From an uncultured Gammaproteobacteria bacterium (lineage in GTDB: Bacteria; Pseudomonadota; Gammaproteobacteria; Eutrophobiales; Eutrophobiaceae): a DNA stretch of 64,000 bases. Shown piece after piece: positions 29,571 to 40,600 of this stretch. Location of the stretch: positions 111,458-175,457 of the forward strand of contig CALKEZ010000017.1 of the NCBI GenBank assembly GCA_938084745.1, given 5' to 3'. The position numbers were made by a program, and so were the translations under genes. Position 1 is the stretch's first letter. Each line of letters opens with the position of its first letter. The notes beneath the pieces were generated by a model. That model saw nothing but the letters and a program-made list of their open reading frames with translations, was not told where the DNA came from and searched no databases.

Positions 29571-30179
29571 ATGTTTAATAAAGATATTGAGACAAAAGTA
29601 GCTATTCATGAACTGATTGCTGCTCGTTGGAGCGGACGCGCCTATGACCCTGAAAAATCATTGTCACGTGAGCAAATAATCTCATTAGTCGAAGCTGCAC
29701 GCTGGGCACCATCCTGTTTTGGTGATCAACCCTGGCGGTTTATTATATTTGATAAGACAACGAATCAAGCAGCTTGGGGAAAAGCACTAGAATGTCTCAG
29801 CGAAGGCAATCAAGCCTGGGCTAAAAATGCACCTTTACTGTTATTGGCCTGTGCAGATTCAGTTTTCTCTCAAAATGGGAATCCAAATCGCTGGGCACAA
29901 TACGATACCGGAGCGGCATCGCTTAATTTAAGTCTGCAAGCAACAGCGCTTGATTTGATGGTGCACCAAATGGGTGGCTTTGATGCCGAAAAAACAAAAA
30001 TTGAATTCTCGATTCCTGAACGATTTTCGCCTATGGCGATGATAACGGTCGGTTATCAATTAGCCGAATCGGCGATACCTGAAGACATTAAGCAGCGAGA
30101 ATACAATGCACGTGCCCGTAATACTCTGGATGAGAATTTCTTTGCAGGCGACTGGAATACAGCATTCATCACTGAATAA
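29571..30179 (+). CDS. Nitroreductase family protein
   Basis: A 202 aa protein with nitroreductase-fold motifs (…RWSGRAYD…, …PSCFGDQPWRFII…). Confidence 0.7.
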   Translation: MFNKDIETKVAIHELIAARWSGRAYDPEKSLSREQIISLVEAARWAPSCFGDQPWRFIIFDKTTNQAAWGKALECLSEGNQAWAKNAPLLLLACADSVFSQNGNPNRWAQYDTGAASLNLSLQATALDLMVHQMGGFDAEKTKIEFSIPERFSPMAMITVGYQLAESAIPEDIKQREYNARARNTLDENFFAGDWNTAFITE

Positions 30180-30212
30180 TAGAAATTCATTACCAGATTA
30201 ACATCGTTCATA

Positions 30213-31556
30213 TTGCCTGGACGAAATACTCCTATAGCTATGAAAAAAAATAATCAGCATCGCGCCTTTTGGTTATTAGCCGGGCCCATGATCATCGGCA
30301 ATATCAGCATGGCCTTATTAGGCCTAGTTGATACAGCCGTTATCGGACATCTGGAAAGCGCTGTTTATCTAGGAGGCGTTGCTGTTGGCTCAGTCATCTT
30401 TGATTTTCTGTATTGGGGCATGGGCTTTCTGCGCATGGGTACGACAGGTATCGTTGCGCAGGCGCATGGCAAAAATGATGCGACCGAAATCAGGACTTTG
30501 CTGATTCAGTCTATGCTGGTTGGATTAGCAATCGCGTTTGTTTTTATCCTGTTACAAAAACCGATCATTAACTTTGGTCTAACGCTACTCGAGGGTAGCG
30601 ACGACGTTAAGTATTACGCTGCGGAATATTGCCGTTGGATGATCTGGGGCGCGCCGGCCTTGATGATCCTGTTTTCAGTAAACGGCTGGTTGTTAGGCAT
30701 GCAGAACGCCGTTGCCAGTTTAACGCTTGGCATCACAGTAAATGTCATCAATATTGTTCTGGATATTGTGTTTGTTGTTTATCTCGACATGGATGTACGA
30801 GGTGTTGCCCTGGCAACCGTCATTGCCCAATACTGTGGTGTCATTCTGTCGTTCTTTATTATCAGGAAGCAATTGGCGGGTGAGGGCGGTGCATGGGTGC
30901 TTTCAGAAATAGTGCATTTTGAAAAAATGAAAATCTTCATGCGTTTGAACAACAACATTTTTATCCGGACTATCTGCCTGATATTAGTCTTTGCCTTTTT
31001 CACGCGCGAAGGCGCGAAGTATGGTGACTTAACTCTTGCGGCCAACTCTATCTTGATGAAGTTCTATTTATTAATGGCCCTGGCACTGGATGGATTTAAT
31101 CACGCGGCCGAAGCATTAATCGGAAAAGCCGTGGGCGCTAAAAGCAAAGACATCTTTCATAAATCGGTTGCATTAGCATTAAAATGGTCCTTAGCTTTCG
31201 GTATTGCATTCACCTTCTTTTATTGGCTCGCGGGCGAACCGTTGATCAATTTATTAACCGACATCGAACCTGTACGTGAAGTGGCATTAGTTTACTTGCC
31301 ATGGATGATTGCTTTGCCGTTGATCTCTGTCTGGTGTTTCTTGCTCGATGGTATTTTTATCGGTGCAACGCGAGGTCCGGAAATGCGTAATGCTATGTTG
31401 ATCTGTACCTTCGTATTCTATCTGCCCATCTGGTATATTTTTCAATTCATGGGCAACCATGGTTTATGGTTGGCTTTCTCACTGTTCATCGCAATGCGTG
31501 GTGTCGTGTTAGGTTATTTTTATTTTAAAATTGAACGAGCGGAGGGATTTGTATAG
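30213..31556 (+). CDS. MATE family efflux transporter (DinF/NorM-like)
   Basis: A 447 aa, 12-TM protein with a MATE N-terminal motif (FWLLAGPMIIGNISMALLGLVDTAVIGHL). Confidence 0.8.
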   Translation: MPGRNTPIAMKKNNQHRAFWLLAGPMIIGNISMALLGLVDTAVIGHLESAVYLGGVAVGSVIFDFLYWGMGFLRMGTTGIVAQAHGKNDATEIRTLLIQSMLVGLAIAFVFILLQKPIINFGLTLLEGSDDVKYYAAEYCRWMIWGAPALMILFSVNGWLLGMQNAVASLTLGITVNVINIVLDIVFVVYLDMDVRGVALATVIAQYCGVILSFFIIRKQLAGEGGAWVLSEIVHFEKMKIFMRLNNNIFIRTICLILVFAFFTREGAKYGDLTLAANSILMKFYLLMALALDGFNHAAEALIGKAVGAKSKDIFHKSVALALKWSLAFGIAFTFFYWLAGEPLINLLTDIEPVREVALVYLPWMIALPLISVWCFLLDGIFIGATRGPEMRNAMLICTFVFYLPIWYIFQFMGNHGLWLAFSLFIAMRGVVLGYFYFKIERAEGFV

Positions 31557-31623
31557 GTCTTGGAACTTTATCATAGCCTGTCCTTTCGTCGCTGATTTAA
31601 TACTCAAAAGGAATAGTGTCGCA

Positions 31624-32532
31624 TTAAGTAAACGCCACAACCCTGACGCCAGTTTTAGAATCAACAACCGGACCCGCTGGAATAACGTAGCCATCAGTAG
31701 GTTGGTTACAGGCGAGAAAATAACCCTCTTTAACAGCTGCTAAATCTAATGTATTCGCGAAAGCCGGTATCTCACCGAGTCGATTCATATAATCAGTAAT
31801 GCCGGGGAAGTCACTAATATATTTCAGGTTTAACCGATACAGTGAATGATAAACGGCATCAAAGCGTGCTACATGCGGGTATGCGTGGATATCTGCCAGA
31901 GTAAGTTGTTCGCCTGCCAGATAAGGTCCTGTTTTCTTGAGTCTTTCTTCGAGTGTATCCAGATAAGAAAATACTTTTTTAAAATAACAGAGATATGTCT
32001 GTTGGTCTTTGGCAAACCCGGCGCGATATATCGGCGTTATCAATTCGTTAGCAAGTCCATCAATTAGTTCATCGATCAACGCACGTTTACTTTTAGGGTA
32101 AAGCGGTGTCTGATCAGTATGACCTACCGCATCGAACTGGCGGATAATCTCTGCTGATTCATTGTTGACGATAGTATCGGTCTTTGTATCGAATAAAACC
32201 GGTACTGACGCGCGACCAGCATAATCCGCTGCGGCGAGCTGATAGAGTTCAGGGAGTCGCTTTAGGCCTGCAACAGGGCAGGCTGAACTATCGGCGCTTT
32301 CGTAACGTTTTTCAATGTTCCAGCCTTCAGCAGTCTGCACAGCATCGGTTATAGTTAGACCTATCTCTTTGGTTAGCCCGGTTAAGGCACGTGCAATTTC
32401 GGTGCGATGTGCAAAGGGACAGACCTTTGAAGTGAATAGCCAATAACGGCCTGATTCGAACGGATAGTTCTCACTCTCGAGTTGATTATGAAAGGTTGTA
32501 GTTTCAACGTGACAAATTTCGTCGGCCTTCAT
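31624..32532 (-). CDS. yqjG: Glutathionyl-hydroquinone reductase (Xi-class GST, YqjG/ECM4 family); the ORF-track N-terminal extension to 32907 is judged spurious
   Basis: RYWLFTSKVCPFAHRTEIARALTGL matches E. coli YqjG RYHLYVSLACPWAHRTLIMRKLKGL. Start taken at MKADEICH… (ATG complement of 32530-32532). Confidence 0.75.
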   Translation of the reverse strand: MKADEICHVETTTFHNQLESENYPFESGRYWLFTSKVCPFAHRTEIARALTGLTKEIGLTITDAVQTAEGWNIEKRYESADSSACPVAGLKRLPELYQLAAADYAGRASVPVLFDTKTDTIVNNESAEIIRQFDAVGHTDQTPLYPKSKRALIDELIDGLANELITPIYRAGFAKDQQTYLCYFKKVFSYLDTLEERLKKTGPYLAGEQLTLADIHAYPHVARFDAVYHSLYRLNLKYISDFPGITDYMNRLGEIPAFANTLDLAAVKEGYFLACNQPTDGYVIPAGPVVDSKTGVRVVAFT

Positions 32533-32755
32533 GTCTAATCTCCATAGTAATATCGATGTAATTAAGCGTCTCGTGGCTAGATGTGTCGTAGACCTGTCCA
32601 GCAAATAAGAAAAGATGGTCCAGATCCATATTAGCAAGGTAACGCTTGTCCGTAGCAACCTGACTTCTATATCGTTGTTTCTCTCTTTAAAGATAAAGTA
32701 GAGAGATTTTAAGTTTAACAGTAAGGTACGGTGTTTTCCTGATTGGTCATTAATT

Positions 32756-33334
32756 ATGCTTGAATTATTATCTGAATACCCGTATCTGCTCGCGCCGCTT
32801 ATCTTTTTTGCCCGAGTTACAGACGTTTCGCTTGGTACCTTCCGAACTATTGTTATCTTTCGTGGATACAAATTACTGGCCGCGTTTATTGGTTTTTTTG
32901 AAATCATGATCTGGTTAGTTGCTGCGGGTCAGGTTTTCACAAATCTTGAACAGTGGTCTCTTGCATTGGCCTATGCGGGTGGTTTTGCCGTGGGTAATTT
33001 TGTCGGCATGTGGATTGAAAGTCGTTTTGCTATTGGGAATGAACTTGTTCGTTGTATTTCATACAATCGTGATGTTCTTGCAGAAAAGATACGTAAGGAA
33101 GGCTTTAAGGTGGTCTCATTCGATGGTGATATGGGTGAAGATAAACTGGTTGAACTTTTATTTATCGTTGAAAAAAGGCGTAACGTACCGAATCTAATCC
33201 GACTAATTAAAGAGCTTGATGACACTGCTATATATTCTGTGTCTGATGTGAAAAGTATTTATGAAGGGCCTGACCTTTTGCCCAGACGCAGCTTTTTAAG
33301 CAGTACATCTATGCTTTTTGGAAAGCTTCGCTAA
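32756..33334 (+). CDS. UPF0316 (DUF2179) family membrane protein
   Basis: IFFARVTDVSLGTFRTIVIFRGYKLLAAFIGFFEIMIW… matches the UPF0316 conserved N-terminus. Confidence 0.55.
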   Translation: MLELLSEYPYLLAPLIFFARVTDVSLGTFRTIVIFRGYKLLAAFIGFFEIMIWLVAAGQVFTNLEQWSLALAYAGGFAVGNFVGMWIESRFAIGNELVRCISYNRDVLAEKIRKEGFKVVSFDGDMGEDKLVELLFIVEKRRNVPNLIRLIKELDDTAIYSVSDVKSIYEGPDLLPRRSFLSSTSMLFGKLR

Positions 33335-33429
33335 TGGCAAGCTTTTCAAGTGTTTGCCAGAAGGCAGTTTTTCATATTGACTATGTGAGAGTTATGCAAT
33401 GTGTAAACGTATAATTTGATTCATCGCCA

Positions 33430-33837
33430 CTATTCCTCTTTAGGTATTCGCGTAAACCGTATAATTTCACGCCGGTCACGTTTTGTTGGTCTGCCACGTG
33501 TTCTTGGAAATGAGGCAGCATCGGCTTTCATTTGTGCTGATAACTCTTCTCTACGCTGCATGCTGTCCTTATCTTCATCATACAACAGGGCTGCCTGAGT
33601 CGCAGAAAGACGATTTTGCGCCAGCTTCAAAATAGTGATTGTATATTGATATGGTGTTTTGCGAATCTCGACAATATCCCCGATACGAATATTTTTTGCT
33701 GCTTTTATCGCTTGATTATTAACACTAACTTTATGTCCTTTGATCGCTGTAGCAGCGAGTGCGCGGGTCTTATAAAAACGGGTGCACCAAAGCCATTTAT
33801 CCAGACGCATGGATTCAAGTGACTCACCTTTATTCAC
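33430..33837 (-). CDS. hslR: Ribosome-associated heat shock protein Hsp15 (S4 domain)
   Basis: The MRLDKWLWCTRFYKTRALA… S4 RNA-binding motif and a basic C-terminal tail. Confidence 0.8.
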   Translation of the reverse strand: MNKGESLESMRLDKWLWCTRFYKTRALAATAIKGHKVSVNNQAIKAAKNIRIGDIVEIRKTPYQYTITILKLAQNRLSATQAALLYDEDKDSMQRREELSAQMKADAASFPRTRGRPTKRDRREIIRFTRIPKEE

Positions 33838-33902
33838 AATATTTTACCTGTGTTTTTAGAGAAGAAAGCATTATTATCAGAGGCCTCCTGATATTGATAT
33901 AA

Positions 33903-34442
33903 GTGAATATTATGACCGAAAAGAAAACCGAAAGAGAATTTATTCCGCTTAATATATCTGTTTTAACAATTTCTGATTCCAGAACTGAAGAAACAGATAA
34001 ATCCGGTAATCGCTTGATAAACCTGCTGGAACAACAGGGACATGAACTCTATGAAAAAAAGATTGTACCTGATGACAAATATTATATCCGTGCCGAAGTC
34101 TCACGCTGGATTGCTAATGAACAGGTTCAGGTTATTTTAACGACCGGCGGCACTGGGGTGACAGGTCGTGATGGTACGCCAGAGGCGGTTAATGTGTTGT
34201 TCGATAAAACAATAGATGGGTTTGGTGAAACGTTTCGTGCAATCTCATATCAGCAGATCAAGACATCCACCATGCAATCCCGGGCGATTGCCGGCGTGGC
34301 TAACGGCACTTATATTTTCTGCATGCCCGGTTCAATGGGTGCTTGTGTTACGGCCTGGGATGAGTTGATCCGATTGCAACTCGATTATCGTACTCGTCCC
34401 TGTAATCTGGTTGAACTCATGCCGCGACTCAGAGAAGTCTAG
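33903..34442 (+). CDS. moaB: Molybdenum cofactor biosynthesis protein MoaB (MogA/MoaB family)
   Basis: …ILTTGGTGVTGRDGTPEA… matches the MogA/MoaB GGTG motif; 179 aa. Confidence 0.8.
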   Translation: MNIMTEKKTEREFIPLNISVLTISDSRTEETDKSGNRLINLLEQQGHELYEKKIVPDDKYYIRAEVSRWIANEQVQVILTTGGTGVTGRDGTPEAVNVLFDKTIDGFGETFRAISYQQIKTSTMQSRAIAGVANGTYIFCMPGSMGACVTAWDELIRLQLDYRTRPCNLVELMPRLREV

Positions 34443-35515
34443 TTACCTATCGGCAGCGTCAAAACAGGTGTTATTCCTTCTGCCTTACCCGATTGCAGCG
34501 AAAATAATTGTGTCAGCAAACTGAACGTTGTCTTGCTATCAAGATCGCTATCATCAATATAAAACCAGGTGCCACGGTAATTTGTGCCGATGACTGAATC
34601 TTTGCTTGTCTGTGCGGCTGAATTAATTTTAAACAAGCCTTGCGTTAGATTCGCCCAATCGTATTCCTGCCCTTGAGCATCCTGCGTGATGGTGACTTTA
34701 CCCGCAGTTTTATCCTTTTCTGGCACGGCAACAGAATGTGATAAATAGTACATGACGCCAAGTAGTGAACGTGTAGAAATAACAATGCCTTGTTTGTCGT
34801 CAGAGACACCTTGACCAAGTGATACTTTGTATTTCGCCTGCTCCAATAGACCAAGCCTGGTTCTTAATGACGCAAGAGTCTCCTGATGCGCGCTATTTTC
34901 GTTGAAGACAAACATAGGATAACTATCTGTCTCACTCTTGTTATACGCGAGTTGCATCACACCGGCGCTTTGTAATCCTCTTAGTGTGTTCGCAATATTT
35001 AAAAAGTCAGTGTATTCCGGAACCGTCTTTGGCGTCGGGCCTGATGCTGTCGGTGCATTAGGTATGCCATTAATGCTTTGCACTGTTAATCGCATAATTC
35101 TCTCAATACTCCAGCCAGAGTTGGCGAGCAATAAAATTGTTTCCAGTGAAACAGGAGCCAGCAGTTTTTGTATGAAATCATTACCGTGTAGTGGCAGATA
35201 AGTAACCGTCGGTTGCTCGGTAAAATTCAATGTTCCGGAAAGACCTACCGTTTCCGGTGTTTGTTGTTTCTTGAAATTGGCACTCAGTGAAGCTTCCGAG
35301 ATAAGTTTGAATTGCGACGACACGCTGTTTACTTCCAGAAAGAAGGGCGTGTCCCTGTATTTTAGACGCACCAAATTGAGCAACAGTTGTTCATCACTGG
35401 TGCGTTGAATGGCAACATTATAATCATTGCCACCGGCCTGGATGATATCTGGGCCTATGCTGGCACATGCAGTTAACTGAGCGATGAATAATAATAAAGC
35501 GATCTTTTTAAGCAT
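34439..35515 (-). CDS. Hypothetical lipoprotein
   Basis: Lipobox LLFIAQLTAC-AS; a 358 aa protein with no recognisable catalytic motif. Confidence 0.45.
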   Translation of the reverse strand: MLKKIALLLFIAQLTACASIGPDIIQAGGNDYNVAIQRTSDEQLLLNLVRLKYRDTPFFLEVNSVSSQFKLISEASLSANFKKQQTPETVGLSGTLNFTEQPTVTYLPLHGNDFIQKLLAPVSLETILLLANSGWSIERIMRLTVQSINGIPNAPTASGPTPKTVPEYTDFLNIANTLRGLQSAGVMQLAYNKSETDSYPMFVFNENSAHQETLASLRTRLGLLEQAKYKVSLGQGVSDDKQGIVISTRSLLGVMYYLSHSVAVPEKDKTAGKVTITQDAQGQEYDWANLTQGLFKINSAAQTSKDSVIGTNYRGTWFYIDDSDLDSKTTFSLLTQLFSLQSGKAEGITPVLTLPIGN

Positions 35516-35517
35516 GA

Positions 35518-36519
35518 TTAATTATTACCAAGTTTGGGGATTTGAAAATGTACCAGAAGTGTTCTTTGAAACAGATTGTCATTGTCGTCGCTGATTATAA
35601 AGAAGCTGTTATTTTTATGCCAGGTGATGCCTTCAAAATTATCATTGAAGTAACCCTCTGCAGCATTCAATTTTAAAAGTTTCTCCTGCTGCAATGTATC
35701 GTTGTTAAGTGTTAGCAGGTGAATGACATTACTCACACCGGAAAATATACTGGAGAAAATACGTTCCAATGCTATCAAGCGATTGTCTGGTAACGTCGTC
35801 AAACCAACCAAGGAGCTATGTTCTTCATTGTCGGGGGAGAAGTACCATGTCTCTCTATTTAACGTGTGCAATGATAGTGCATCTTTGCGGGATTGTTTTA
35901 AAGGACGTTCTGGACCGGTAATGATGTTGAATTGTTCATGTAATGTGACTGCTTCCAGGGCTTTATTGGCGCCGGCATAATTTTTTATAGTGTCCAGATC
36001 ATTGTTGAGAGGTTCATCTTTTTTATAAGTGCCATCAGCTTTATAATGGACGATACGAGGCTGTCGTTCGAAGCTGATAATTAATTCAGTATCACCGGCC
36101 ACATTGTTTTTTGAATTAATTAAGGCCAGTCCTTCGCTGTCTGCTGCCTTATGACGCAATTTTTTGCCATCTTTATCTTTCAGGTAATGATAAGACAGCA
36201 GTTTCAAGCCGGTTAGTTTTTCATTATGAAAAACAGGTCTGGCATAAATAAAAAATCCACGATCTGAAAGAATGACTAAAATTTGTTCATCATGATCCCA
36301 GGCTAATCCGGAAAACTCCATCAATGGATAATCAGGCCCGGCATTTTGATCAAGTTGTACTAAACCTAATACTTTAAAATTATTCAGCTCAAGCTGTTGT
36401 AATTGAGCCTGTGGCAAATCAATATGGTTGCCAATGTCTCGTTCAGCAGCAATATGGCCACTATAGACTAGACAGATAAGGCTTAAAATGACTCTGCGGC
36501 AATAATTGAATAACATCAT
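35518..36519 (-). CDS. Secreted phytase-like/esterase-like (PF13449-type) beta-propeller protein; start uncertain, alternative at 36579
   Basis: A signal peptide from the internal MM start and a phytase-like pattern (…FEGITW…, …SGLAWD…). It is 2 nt downstream of the lipoprotein gene on the same strand. Confidence 0.45.
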   Translation of the reverse strand: MMLFNYCRRVILSLICLVYSGHIAAERDIGNHIDLPQAQLQQLELNNFKVLGLVQLDQNAGPDYPLMEFSGLAWDHDEQILVILSDRGFFIYARPVFHNEKLTGLKLLSYHYLKDKDGKKLRHKAADSEGLALINSKNNVAGDTELIISFERQPRIVHYKADGTYKKDEPLNNDLDTIKNYAGANKALEAVTLHEQFNIITGPERPLKQSRKDALSLHTLNRETWYFSPDNEEHSSLVGLTTLPDNRLIALERIFSSIFSGVSNVIHLLTLNNDTLQQEKLLKLNAAEGYFNDNFEGITWHKNNSFFIISDDNDNLFQRTLLVHFQIPKLGNN

Positions 36520-36606
36520 ATAATGTACTGATTTTTTATAGGTAATAGTAAAGAGTTGAACATTAAATAAACAGGGCATACTGATCTTTTTGAATGCAAA
36601 AATAAT

Positions 36607-37662
36607 ATGATAAAAAAAATAATTTACTTCTTTTTATTCCAGATAACGATTATGCCGTCTCCGCTCTTTGCTGGCGGCAATTCACCCGCTGCCATTGTGC
36701 AAGTAGAAGAGGCCGTGAATATCGAGATTGCGCCATTCATATGGGTAACCGGCACAGTCATAGGCCGCTATGATTCTGATATTGCAGCCGAGGTCGACGG
36801 TACACTTGAAACTGTACTTGAAGTCGGGGACGAGGTAAATGCAAACGCTGTCATCGCAAAAGTCGATGACACGACTTACCGACTTGCCTTGAATGAAGTC
36901 CAGTCTGAAATCAAACCGATTGAAACGATGCTTGAGTTTTATCGCAGTGAAGCAGAAAGGTTAAAACAACTTGCCAAGCAAAATAATGCTGCAAAAAACC
37001 AACTCGAAGAAACCGAAGCCAATAGAGACCAGTCACTTGCCAACATTCAGGTAGTAAAATCAAAGCTGGCTATGGCGCGCGATAATCTTAAGCGTACGCA
37101 AGTGCATGCTCCCTTTTCCGGTGTCGTCGTAGAACGATTCAAATCTCCCGGCGAAAGAGTGGCTGCAGGTGATCCGATTATTCGCTTGATTGACACAGGA
37201 CATGTTGAGGTTCAGGCACGTATTCAGCAAGGTTCTGTTGCGCATGTGAAGGCTGGTGACATCTTGAAAATAAATGGCCCGACAGGACAGGTTGACGGCA
37301 CTGTTCGTACAGTCATTCCCGTTGGCGATGACATTTCACGATTGTATGAGATCAGGATTGAGCTTAATCATACTGACTGGATGGCCGGTACTGCAGTGGA
37401 AATTGCGATACCCGTAAGTGAAAAACAGAATGTAATTGCGGTTTCACGTGATGCATTGGTGATTCGTCAGGCAGGTGTATTAATTTATAGAATAAACGAT
37501 GCTAATCAAGCGGAACTCGTTCCGATACAAACCGGTATTTCAAATACAACACACATTCAAGTAATCGGTAATATCAACGCGCATGACAAGATTGTGGTTC
37601 GCGGCAATGAACGCTTGCGTCCGGGACAAACAGTCAAGGTTATCAGCGGAATTAACCACTAG
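36607..37662 (+). CDS. RND efflux periplasmic adaptor (membrane fusion protein, HlyD family)
   Basis: A 351 aa protein with a signal/anchor, a coiled-coil and beta-barrel MFP motifs (…VHAPFSGVVVER…). Confidence 0.85.
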   Translation: MIKKIIYFFLFQITIMPSPLFAGGNSPAAIVQVEEAVNIEIAPFIWVTGTVIGRYDSDIAAEVDGTLETVLEVGDEVNANAVIAKVDDTTYRLALNEVQSEIKPIETMLEFYRSEAERLKQLAKQNNAAKNQLEETEANRDQSLANIQVVKSKLAMARDNLKRTQVHAPFSGVVVERFKSPGERVAAGDPIIRLIDTGHVEVQARIQQGSVAHVKAGDILKINGPTGQVDGTVRTVIPVGDDISRLYEIRIELNHTDWMAGTAVEIAIPVSEKQNVIAVSRDALVIRQAGVLIYRINDANQAELVPIQTGISNTTHIQVIGNINAHDKIVVRGNERLRPGQTVKVISGINH

Positions 37663-40600
37663 TGAATATCACCAAGTCATGTCTGGCTAATCCCGTAGCC
37701 TTGCTCGTCGCCATAATTCTTTTATTAATATTTGGTTCTATCAGTCTTTCACGTTTACCTATTCAGTTAACACCGGAATTGGAACAACCTGAGATAACGA
37801 TAACTACGACATGGCGCGCTGCTGCACCGAATGAAGTAGAAGCTGAGATTATTGAGCCACAGGAGGATGTCTTGAGGGGTTTGCCAGGTTTGACCGAGAT
37901 TCGAGCGACTGCTTATGAGGGCAGAGGTGAGATCAATTTGACCTTTGCCATAAATATGGATATGCGCAGAGCATTGGTTGAGGTCATGAATCGCTTGAAT
38001 CAAGTTTCTGATTATCCCGATGATGCAAATGAACCATCAATTAGTTCAGTTGGTCAGGATGCCCGCGCAATTGCCTGGTTTATGATTAAGACAGAAGGGG
38101 ATAATCAAAGATCCATTGAATCCTATAAAGATTTTGTAGAAGAAGTTGTTCAATCGCGTTTTGAACGGATCCCGGGTGTTGCACGTTCAGAGGTTATCGG
38201 TGGTAGTGATAGAGAGCTACGAATTACATTTGACCCCTATAAAGTCGCTAATTTGGGTGTTCAGCTAGACAAAGTTATGAAACTGGCCGGAACGAGTAAA
38301 GATGTTTCTGGCGGATTTGCCGATGTTGGCAAGCGTGAATACAGTATCCGTTTTGCTGGAAAATATGCGGCAAGTGATCTGGGTGAGATGATACTGGAAT
38401 GGCGCGATGGTCGACCTGTTTATCTGCGCGATGTTGCTACTATTGAAGAACGACTAACAGATAAAAATAGCTTTGTATTGACCAAAGGCACCTTGTCTCT
38501 TGCGGTTAATGCCCAACGTGAATCAGGTGTTAATGTACTTGAAGTCATGACGGGTTTACATGAAGCTGTTGAAGAATTAAATAATGGACCTTTGAAACGC
38601 AATAAGTTATCGATCGAACAGGTTTATGATGAAACTATATACATTGAACGTTCAATTGCCATGGTTAAAAATAATCTTGGTTTGGGTATTGGACTTGCAA
38701 TCGTGGTATTGTTTTTATTCCTGTTAAAATTTCCCGCCACCCTAATCGTGGCAGCATCAATTCCTATTTGTTTAGTGGCCAGTTTTAGCGTAATGGATCT
38801 TGCTGGTAGAACGCTGAATATAATTTCGCTGGCAGGTCTTGCCTTTGCTGTCGGCATGGTCCTTGATGCATCCATTATTATTCTTGAGAATATCGTGCGT
38901 TTAAGAGAACGCGGTCTCTCGGCAGAAGAAGCGTCTACTCTGGGAACGAGCCAGGTGTTTGGAGCATTACTCGCCTCTACAGCAACCACTGTTGCAATAT
39001 TTCTTCCTGTTGTTTTTTTAAGAGATGAAGTCGGCCAGTTGTTTTCTGATCTTGCTATCACTATTGCTGCCGCAATTTCCTTTTCACTATTAACGGCAAT
39101 CACAGTTGTTCCCACTGCGGCAAAACTTTATCTCGCCGACAAAACGTTTGTTGATCCCTACCACAGGCTTTGGCAAGTAATCTGTAATGCAATAATGGTC
39201 TTAACCAATACACCATTGCGACGTGTGGTCTGGATAGCGCTTTTGATTACCGTCCCGTTAACTATCATGTATCAGTTAAAACCCAAGGCAGATTATCTCC
39301 CCGACGGAAATAGAAATTTGGCCTATGCTTTTATATTGCCACCACCGGGCACAAATATTGATACGATTGAAAAAGAACTGGGAGAGATTGTGGCGGCGAG
39401 AATGCAGCCACATGTCGATGGTATAAAGGAACCCTATATCAAGCATTATTTTTTCGTAGCATTTTCGCGCGGTGTCTTTATGGGCGCACGTGCACAATAT
39501 GACGAAGATGTTGATAAGCTTGTACCCTTGATTAATTCTGTTGTGCAGGGCTTTCCTGACTCTATAGCGTTCGCAAAACAAGCCTCTTTATTCGGTGGCT
39601 TTGGCGCAGGTCGAACAATAGACATGAATATCCAATCAAAAAACCTGCCGGCATTAATGTCTTCAGCATTAGAGGCCTTTATTCCGATTTCTTCAATGTA
39701 TCCCAACACGCGTCCTCGTCCAGGTCTCGAACTTGCGCAACCGGAATTAAGATTACTGCCTAATGAAAGGCGTATTGCTGAAGCCGGGTGGGATCGATCT
39801 ATTGTTGCTGCATTAACTCAGACATTGGGCGATGGTCGCTTTGTCGGCGACTATTTTAATGGTGAAGAAACCCTGGATATTATTTTACGATCAAAAGCAT
39901 GGGATACGCCTGAAGAATTAGGCAGTATTCCCGTTATGACTTCAACGGCGGGTATATTGCCTTTAAACGAGTTAGTGGAAATTATACGTACTGCGGGACC
40001 TGAGCAAATCAGGCGTATTAATCGTCGTAGAACGGTAACACTTGAGATCTCACCACCACCAAATGTTTCTCTTGAAGAAGCGTTGGATATTATTAAAACA
40101 GAAGTCGAGCCAAAAGTTCTGGCCGCACTACCCGAAGATGGTGATATTCAATATGGCGGTACGGCAGATAAATTAACCTCTGCTTTGAAAAATATGGCGG
40201 GCAGTTTTTTATTGGCCATTACCATACTCTATTTACTAATGAGCGCCATGTTCAGTTCATTTAAAGACAGTATGTTAGTTATGCTCTCTATACCGCTGGC
40301 AACATTTGGTGGCGTGTTGGCACTTTATATAATCAATTTATTCAGTTTCCAGAGCATGGATTTATTGACGATGATCGGGTTTATAATTTTACTTGGCCTG
40401 GTCGTCAATAATGCCATTTTATTAGTATACCAGGCGCGTACCGCTGAACGAGAAGGTAGCGCCAGAAAAGAAGCGGTCAGGCAAGCTGTATTATTACGCT
40501 TAAGACCCATCATGATGAGTACGATGACCAGTATTTTTGGGATGTTGCCGCTATTACTCATCCCGGGCGCAGGCACCGAATTATATCGTGGTTTAGCCGG

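Noticed and set aside
32533-32907. 125-codon N-terminal extension of the yqjG ORF in the ORF track
   Set aside because: Homology to YqjG starts at the internal Met (MKADEICH…). The extension is low-complexity, has no homolog pattern, and overlaps the UPF0316 gene on the other strand.
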